Source: a virus
IMG/VR virus record: IMGVR_UViG_3300031857_000038
Location: 1 to 64,000 of that record
DNA: 64,000 nt
Direction: 5' to 3' (one strand)
The notes below the pieces were generated by a model. The model searched no databases, was not told where the DNA came from, and saw only the letters and a program-made list of their open reading frames with translations. Positions 58,237 to 64,000 of the stretch are shown here, piece after piece (position 1 is the stretch's first letter; every line of letters begins with the position of its first letter). The position numbers were made by a program, and so were the translations under genes.

Positions 58237-59183
58237 TTGCAATTGAAGCTCCAGAACCCTATCTAGCGGTTACATGGCAGGTAAACAATTTTTGTAACTT
58301 TAGTTGCAGTTATTGTAATCCTGGCAACTGGGCTGGGGCTAATCCCAACAACGGCAATCTTGATATCTACTTAAATAACTTGCGTATCATTATCAACAAG
58401 TATGAAGATGCAGGCTATAAACACTTTAAGTTCTTTTTCAGCGGCGGCGAACCAACAGCATGGCGCAACTTTATTCCTATCTGTGAGTTTCTACGAGCAG
58501 AAACAGAATGTACTATCGCAGTCAACACTAATCTATCACGCCCGCTAGCATGGTGGGAAAAGCATCACCATTTGTTTGATGATATCGTAGCATCTTTTCA
58601 CGTTGAACAAGCGAAGAAAGACCGCTACATTGAGAATTCATTGTACCTATGCGATAAGGTTAACTACATATCAAGTAAGATGCTAATGCATGATGAACGC
58701 TTTTGGGAAGTAGTTGAGTTTGGTAATAGTCTAAAAGAAATACTACCTAATTACTTCATTGAATGGACTCCTTTATACGATGAGTTAAGTCACGTTACTG
58801 GCCCATGGAAGTATAACGACCCTGCTAAAGAAGAATTCTTTAAGACGCATACTATTGAAATGCAACAGACCATTCCAAAGCCCAATAAAAGAGCAGAGAC
58901 AAGCAGTTATAATAGATATAGTGACGGCACCACTAGCTCGTGTAATGCTAATGAATTGATTGTTAACAATCAGAATTACTTTAGCGGCTGGCAATGTAGC
59001 GTCGGTGACTGCATCTTTATTAATCCTATAGGTGAAGTTAGTTTAGCAAGCTGCGGATTAGGTGGAAACATTGGACATATATTAGACGATATCAGTAAAG
59101 TAGGTCCAAAGAAAATCATGTGCTACAAAGAAATGTGCATGTGCGGTACTGATATTATCATTCCAAAAATTAAGGTAAACTGA
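58221..59183 (+). CDS. radical SAM enzyme with C-terminal Cys cluster
   Basis: CNFSCSYC, SGGEPT; C-terminal WQC...ASC...C....CMCGTD; GTG start after AAGGA. Confidence 0.88.
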   Translation: MGRKLIAIEAPEPYLAVTWQVNNFCNFSCSYCNPGNWAGANPNNGNLDIYLNNLRIIINKYEDAGYKHFKFFFSGGEPTAWRNFIPICEFLRAETECTIAVNTNLSRPLAWWEKHHHLFDDIVASFHVEQAKKDRYIENSLYLCDKVNYISSKMLMHDERFWEVVEFGNSLKEILPNYFIEWTPLYDELSHVTGPWKYNDPAKEEFFKTHTIEMQQTIPKPNKRAETSSYNRYSDGTTSSCNANELIVNNQNYFSGWQCSVGDCIFINPIGEVSLASCGLGGNIGHILDDISKVGPKKIMCYKEMCMCGTDIIIPKIKVN

Positions 59184-60514
59184 TGGATAAAACTAAAGTA
59201 GTATATAGTTGGATTGGCCCAAGAGGACCTATTTGGAATACTGAGTTACCCAATATATTGTCCCTCACTTGCGTATCGTTTAATGCTCAAGTTGACTCAA
59301 GGTTCTTTGGAGCAGATGACACGTGGCTAATGTTTTTCTCTCAGGCTACGGATCAATATGAAATGTACCCATCAGTAAATATTGAACGTGATGATGAAAG
59401 ACATTTTGTAATACCCTTTTCTTTAGTTTGGCGTACTGGATTTGAAAACTACTTCGTAGGTAGAACAGGTATATTGGAATATAGTCATGTTGACGTTAAG
59501 CTGATTAACTTAGTCAGACAAAAAAATGGATATATCTTTATTGATTACAGTGTAGAAGCATTTGTTGAACCTAGACATTTAAACGCATTGCACTCTTATT
59601 TTAGACACATACACGGTATCCCGCTACACAAGATTATATATCTTACTGGGGCAATCAACGCTAAACAAGTATACGAAGCTTATTGCACACGAAATAATAT
59701 ACCTGATGATCCAGCTGAAAGGCTGACAATCATTCCATATGCTGCTAGTGAACATCTCTTTCTTAGAAATGCGGAAGAATGTTCTAACGAACCAGAGTAT
59801 AATACTGAGATTGTTCCTGAAAAATTACTGCTGATGTGGAATCGCAGATATAGACCACATAGGGTGCAACTAGTAGCATTGCTAGAAAAAAATAATCTAA
59901 TTGACAGAAGCTATGTCAGTTTCCCCAACTGTCATGTTGAAACACCTACCATCACGTTCAGAGAAGAAGTTGAGCATATGGATTTGATTTATCAATTTGC
60001 ACATATGGGCTTGAAACAAGAACATGTTGACACTCTAGCTAGTAAGTTGCCATTAGTACTAGATGACGAACAAAACATTGTGCAAATGTGCAGCGATGAA
60101 GGCAACGTCAGCCGACCTTACTATCAAAATAGTTTAATCAGTCTAGTAACTGAAACTAATTTCAATAGCAATGAAGTTACCCTTACTGAGAAAAGCTTCA
60201 AGCCATTAAAAGAAAAGCATCCGTTTATTTTAGTTGGTGCACCTGGCTGCTTGCAGGGTCTCAGAGACTTAGGCTATCAAACGTTCGGTGAGTTTTGGGA
60301 TGAGAGCTATGATGATATTCTTGAACCAATTCCCAGAATGCGTAAGATTGATGAAGTACTACAAAGCATTGGTGAGTGGGATAATAATCAGATATTAGAC
60401 TTCAAGCGTAGAGTAAAACCTATCATAGAACACAATTATCAGTTATTAAAGAATAGCTCAAGACACGACATAATGACAAAAATCAATAACGTCATCAGAG
60501 GAAACAATGCGTAA
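59183..60514 (+). CDS. hypothetical protein, possibly a GT-B (fucosyltransferase/GT10-like) transferase
   Basis: NRRYRPHR, ISLVTET...LTEKSFKP...HPFILVG...L..LR.LGY.TF...WDESYD; the TEK motif recalls GT10-type enzymes. Confidence 0.5.
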   Translation: MDKTKVVYSWIGPRGPIWNTELPNILSLTCVSFNAQVDSRFFGADDTWLMFFSQATDQYEMYPSVNIERDDERHFVIPFSLVWRTGFENYFVGRTGILEYSHVDVKLINLVRQKNGYIFIDYSVEAFVEPRHLNALHSYFRHIHGIPLHKIIYLTGAINAKQVYEAYCTRNNIPDDPAERLTIIPYAASEHLFLRNAEECSNEPEYNTEIVPEKLLLMWNRRYRPHRVQLVALLEKNNLIDRSYVSFPNCHVETPTITFREEVEHMDLIYQFAHMGLKQEHVDTLASKLPLVLDDEQNIVQMCSDEGNVSRPYYQNSLISLVTETNFNSNEVTLTEKSFKPLKEKHPFILVGAPGCLQGLRDLGYQTFGEFWDESYDDILEPIPRMRKIDEVLQSIGEWDNNQILDFKRRVKPIIEHNYQLLKNSSRHDIMTKINNVIRGNNA

Positions 60515-61490
60515 GACAATATTAGTTTGTGGAGCCGGCGGCTTTATTGGAAATTACTTAGTAGACAGTTTAAAAAGTCAAGGACATTATGTTGTTGGCA
60601 CTGACTTAAAGAAGCCAGTATATAACGAAACTTCAGCGGATGAATTCTATATTAAAGATTTGAGAGACAAGGATAGCGTAGACTATCTATTGTACCTGCA
60701 CAATTATGACGAAGTATATCAGTTAGCAGCAGATATGGGCGGCGCCGGATATATCTTTACTGGCGAACATGATGCCGATATCATGCACAACTCAGTTACT
60801 ATCAATTTGAATGTACTACGAGCAATGATTAAATCAGGCTGCAAGAAAGTATTCTATAGCTCAAGCGCATGTATGTATCCAGAGCATAATCAACTTGACC
60901 CAGACAACCCTGTACTAAGTGAAGACAGCGCATACCCTGCTAACCCTGATAGTGAGTACGGTTGGGAGAAACTATTCAGCGAACGACTATACATGACTTA
61001 TGCTAAGAACTATGGCATAGATGTTCGTATCGCACGTTTTCATAATATATTCGGCCCTAATGGAAGCTGGGACAACGGCAAAGAAAAAGCGCCAGCCGCA
61101 CTGTGTAGAAAAGTGGCACTTGCTGATGACAACGGTGAAGTAGAGATTTGGGGCCCGGGTAATCAGACACGAAGCTTTCTATACATTGATGAGTGTATAG
61201 AAGGTATTCATCGTATTATGAATAGTAACTATAATAAGCCAATTAATTTGGGTAGTGAACGAATGATTTCTATTAATGACCTCGTATTATTAATTGCTAG
61301 CCTGACTAATAAGAAAGTCACTATTAAGAATATTCCAGGACCAATGGGAGTTATGGGTAGACGAAGTGACAATGCCTTAATTAAGAATGTCACTGACTGG
61401 AAGCCTGACGAAGATTTAGAAACTGGATTGATTAAGACTTATCGCTGGATTAACGAACAGATTATGTTAGGTAAAAAGGACGATGAGTAA
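60507..61490 (+). CDS. NAD-dependent nucleotide-sugar epimerase, GDP-mannose 3,5-epimerase-like
   Basis: GAGGFIG, LAADMGGAGYI, YSSSACMYP, YGWEK, RFHNIFGP, EKAPAALCRK, QTRSF. Confidence 0.88.
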   Translation: MRKTILVCGAGGFIGNYLVDSLKSQGHYVVGTDLKKPVYNETSADEFYIKDLRDKDSVDYLLYLHNYDEVYQLAADMGGAGYIFTGEHDADIMHNSVTINLNVLRAMIKSGCKKVFYSSSACMYPEHNQLDPDNPVLSEDSAYPANPDSEYGWEKLFSERLYMTYAKNYGIDVRIARFHNIFGPNGSWDNGKEKAPAALCRKVALADDNGEVEIWGPGNQTRSFLYIDECIEGIHRIMNSNYNKPINLGSERMISINDLVLLIASLTNKKVTIKNIPGPMGVMGRRSDNALIKNVTDWKPDEDLETGLIKTYRWINEQIMLGKKDDE

Positions 61491-62352
61491 CAAGTATATC
61501 ATTGGTCTAGGCTGTAGCTGGACGCAAGGCGAAGGCGGCTACCCTGAGCATATTTGGGAACAGTATAATGGTCGCCCTCAGATTAGTTTGCGCGGACAAT
61601 GCGACTATCATATACGACATTATGAACACGAGAACAGTTGGGTAAACGTATTATGCCGCGACCACTTTCCTGACTACACGCCCATTAATTTAGGCGTTAA
61701 GGGTATTGGCAATCGTGCTGCTATTGAGCAATTATATTTCTGTGATAGAGTAGACTTTGATAATAGTGAAGTCATTATAGTATTAATGCTTAGTGGCTTT
61801 GAGAGACTAGACTTACCCGCTACATTTAGCGACGGTGATCAACTAGACGATGGATATAGTAACGGAGATTATCGTCACTATAAATGGAATACAGCATGGC
61901 CCCACGATTCTGCAAATCTGTTTTGGAAAGCATATGCTAAAGAACTATACTCAGAAAAATTCGTTGCTACTGGGCAGTTGTTAGCGTTGTTACATTTGCA
62001 AGATTTCTGCAAAGCACATAACATTAAACTAGTTGTTGCCAATGCGTTTAATCAACGTAATCAAGGCATACTTGAATATCTGAAAGAAGAAACTACTTCA
62101 CTGTTTGACAAGTTCGATTGGGAATGCTATCTACACAATACTACAGACTATGTTGCATTCGTAGAGAAATTAGTTGAGCTAGACGGTGTCATACCAAAAG
62201 AACAATGGCAAGGCTTTCATCAAGCATATTTTAATAGAACATGGCCAGCAAAATATCTTACAAATTGTGAGGGCGCACACCCTACTATCGACGGTTACAA
62301 AGTAATTGCAGACGAGCTTGCAAAGTTCATTAAATATAAGAACTATGCATAA
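61483..62352 (+). CDS. SGNH/GDSL-hydrolase-like protein (possible acyl transferase/esterase)
   Basis: GCSWTQG block I, NLGVKG.GN, C-terminal HP...GY..IA. Confidence 0.65.
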   Translation: MSNKYIIGLGCSWTQGEGGYPEHIWEQYNGRPQISLRGQCDYHIRHYEHENSWVNVLCRDHFPDYTPINLGVKGIGNRAAIEQLYFCDRVDFDNSEVIIVLMLSGFERLDLPATFSDGDQLDDGYSNGDYRHYKWNTAWPHDSANLFWKAYAKELYSEKFVATGQLLALLHLQDFCKAHNIKLVVANAFNQRNQGILEYLKEETTSLFDKFDWECYLHNTTDYVAFVEKLVELDGVIPKEQWQGFHQAYFNRTWPAKYLTNCEGAHPTIDGYKVIADELAKFIKYKNYA

Positions 62353-64000
62353 GAGAAAAATAAGCTTCGTAAATCCTAATTTTAATCAGGGTCCTAAGGA
62401 ATTTAATGCCTATTATTTACCTTATACTTCCGCAGTGCTGTGGGCATACGCTAGTCAATTTGAACATATCAGTACTCACATTGAATTGGGTGAGTTTATT
62501 TGGCATAGAGAACCTATTGAAGACGTAGTTGAAAGATTAAAAGACCACGATATTGTTGCTCTATCAACATATATTTGGAATAGAAACTATAATCACGTAT
62601 TGGGTCGGGCACTTAAACTAGCCAATCCAGACATACTGATACTCAGTGGTGGCCCAGAGCCTCCCATTACTAATCCTAAATTCTTTGAGCTATTCCCTTA
62701 TATTGATATCTGTTCTATTCAAGAAGGTGAGAAATCTTTAAAAGCTATTCTAGAGCATTATCTTGATGGCAACACTGACTATACAGATATCAAGGGATTG
62801 TTAATCAATGTCGATGGTAAAGCAGTCAACACGGGCAATCCAGATCGTATTAGTGACCTTGATACTATCCCCAGCCCATATCTCGTTGGCATGTTTGACC
62901 ACTTGTTTGAGAAGCATCCTGAAGTACGATGGAACGTTACATTAGAAACTAATCGCGGCTGTCCATATATGTGTACCTTCTGTGACTGGGGAAGCCTCAC
63001 ATATAGCAAAGTCAAGAAGTTTGATGAGACACGAGTATATAAAGAGCTTGAGTGGATTGGACAAAAGGGCTGCGACTTTGTAAGTATCACTGATGCAAAC
63101 TTCGGTATCTTCCCTGAGCGTGATATGGCTATCGCCCGCAAGCTTGTCGAAGTGCAGCAGCAATATAATAATCCAAAAGCGTACACAATATCTTGGGCAA
63201 AGAATCAAAAGAAAGAAGTAGTTGACATTGTTAAGATGTTGATATATGAAGGCGGTAGTAAGATTGGGCTTAATCTCTCAGTGCAGAGTATGGACGAGCA
63301 TACATTAGAGGTCATCAAGCGTAAGAATCTTGACACTAATAAGATTGAAGAAGTCTTTGATATGTGTGAAGAAAACAATATTCCATTGTACACTGAGTTG
63401 ATTCTTGGCTTGCCCGGCGAAACACTGGATACGTGGAAAGAGAATTTCTATAGACTGTACAAGGCTGGTAACCACACTGGCATCACTGTCTATCAGGCAC
63501 AGTTGCTTGAGAATGCTGAAATGAACTTGACCCAGCGTGAAAAATATCAACTAAAGGGCCAAATCGTATATGACTACTTGGTAGGAACATATAACGAGCA
63601 TGAAGTTCGTGAGGGTATCGAAGTTGTTACTTCAACTATTGATTTACCTATAGAAAAGATGAACGAAGCGCAAGTATTCAGTTGGTTTCAAAACACATTT
63701 CACATTAATGGTATCACTAATTACATTAGTCGTGTACTATGCAAAAAATATGGCATTGAGTATAGCCAGTTCTATACTGACTTACTTGAATATATTAAAA
63801 CAGATGAGTGGCTCAACAGCGAACTCGAACGTATCAGTGAGCATTATGCAAATTGGAATACTGAGGGTGCGATTGACCATGTTCCTATTCAGGGAATTGA
63901 GATACATGGCTGGAACTTGATACATAGCACTATCATTAATTTAGCTAACCTAGATATGCACGACCATGTATTCAATGTGCTTGAAGAATTCTTAAAGACT
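62345..64000 (+). CDS. cobalamin-binding radical SAM enzyme (class B methyltransferase-like), truncated by the window end; absent from the ORF track
   Basis: ATG 62345 (MHKRKISFVNPNF...YYLPY...STYIWN...GGP...EGE...IPSPY); LETNRGCPYMCTFCDWG in frame at 62942; DANFG, ELILGLPGET; no stop seen before 64000. Confidence 0.88.
   Translation, partial: MHKRKISFVNPNFNQGPKEFNAYYLPYTSAVLWAYASQFEHISTHIELGEFIWHREPIEDVVERLKDHDIVALSTYIWNRNYNHVLGRALKLANPDILILSGGPEPPITNPKFFELFPYIDICSIQEGEKSLKAILEHYLDGNTDYTDIKGLLINVDGKAVNTGNPDRISDLDTIPSPYLVGMFDHLFEKHPEVRWNVTLETNRGCPYMCTFCDWGSLTYSKVKKFDETRVYKELEWIGQKGCDFVSITDANFGIFPERDMAIARKLVEVQQQYNNPKAYTISWAKNQKKEVVDIVKMLIYEGGSKIGLNLSVQSMDEHTLEVIKRKNLDTNKIEEVFDMCEENNIPLYTELILGLPGETLDTWKENFYRLYKAGNHTGITVYQAQLLENAEMNLTQREKYQLKGQIVYDYLVGTYNEHEVREGIEVVTSTIDLPIEKMNEAQVFSWFQNTFHINGITNYISRVLCKKYGIEYSQFYTDLLEYIKTDEWLNSELERISEHYANWNTEGAIDHVPIQGIEIHGWNLIHSTIINLANLDMHDHVFNVLEEFLKT

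Noticed and set aside
62779-63920. Short ORFs listed in the track near the right end
   Set aside because: They overlap the long B12 radical SAM frame starting at 62345, which the track omitted because it has no stop in the window.
1-64000. Stop-codon reassignment, as in some large phages
   Set aside because: Genes are full length in the standard code, and TAA, TGA (e.g. 10233) and TAG (11940) all end genes at sensible positions.

Overview
This window is part of a large T4-like (contractile-tailed, probably jumbo) bacteriophage genome in the standard genetic code. Left arm, mostly minus strand: start of a probable head gene, portal (gp20-like), a tape-measure-like protein with C-terminal cell-wall-hydrolase motifs, a divergent gp26-like hub/tail chaperone, a Holliday junction resolvase, gp46/gp47 recombination nuclease split by a sulfotransferase-like gene, and a gp55-like late sigma factor. 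From about 13 kb, plus strand: baseplate genes (gp53-, gp5-, gp25- and gp6-like), a 6,552-aa repeat-rich structural protein and tail fibres. These are followed by a tightly coupled operon of glycosyltransferase-like genes, four radical SAM enzymes, a GDP-mannose-epimerase-like enzyme, an SGNH protein and a B12-binding radical SAM enzyme that runs off the window end. Main observations: (1) a T TTT TTC heptamer that would join the gp26-like gene to a 76-aa -1-frame extension (lambda G/GT-like); (2) a ~400-nt densely paired non-coding element at 7.1-7.55 kb; (3) the glycosylation/radical-SAM operon behind a late-type promoter next to the fibres, a candidate virion-decoration pathway; (4) a fibre needle with 11 HxH motifs and matched triplication of both arms; (5) TAAATA-like motifs exactly 5 nt before ATG, suggesting leaderless late mRNAs. 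All family assignments come from motif recognition by eye, not database searches.
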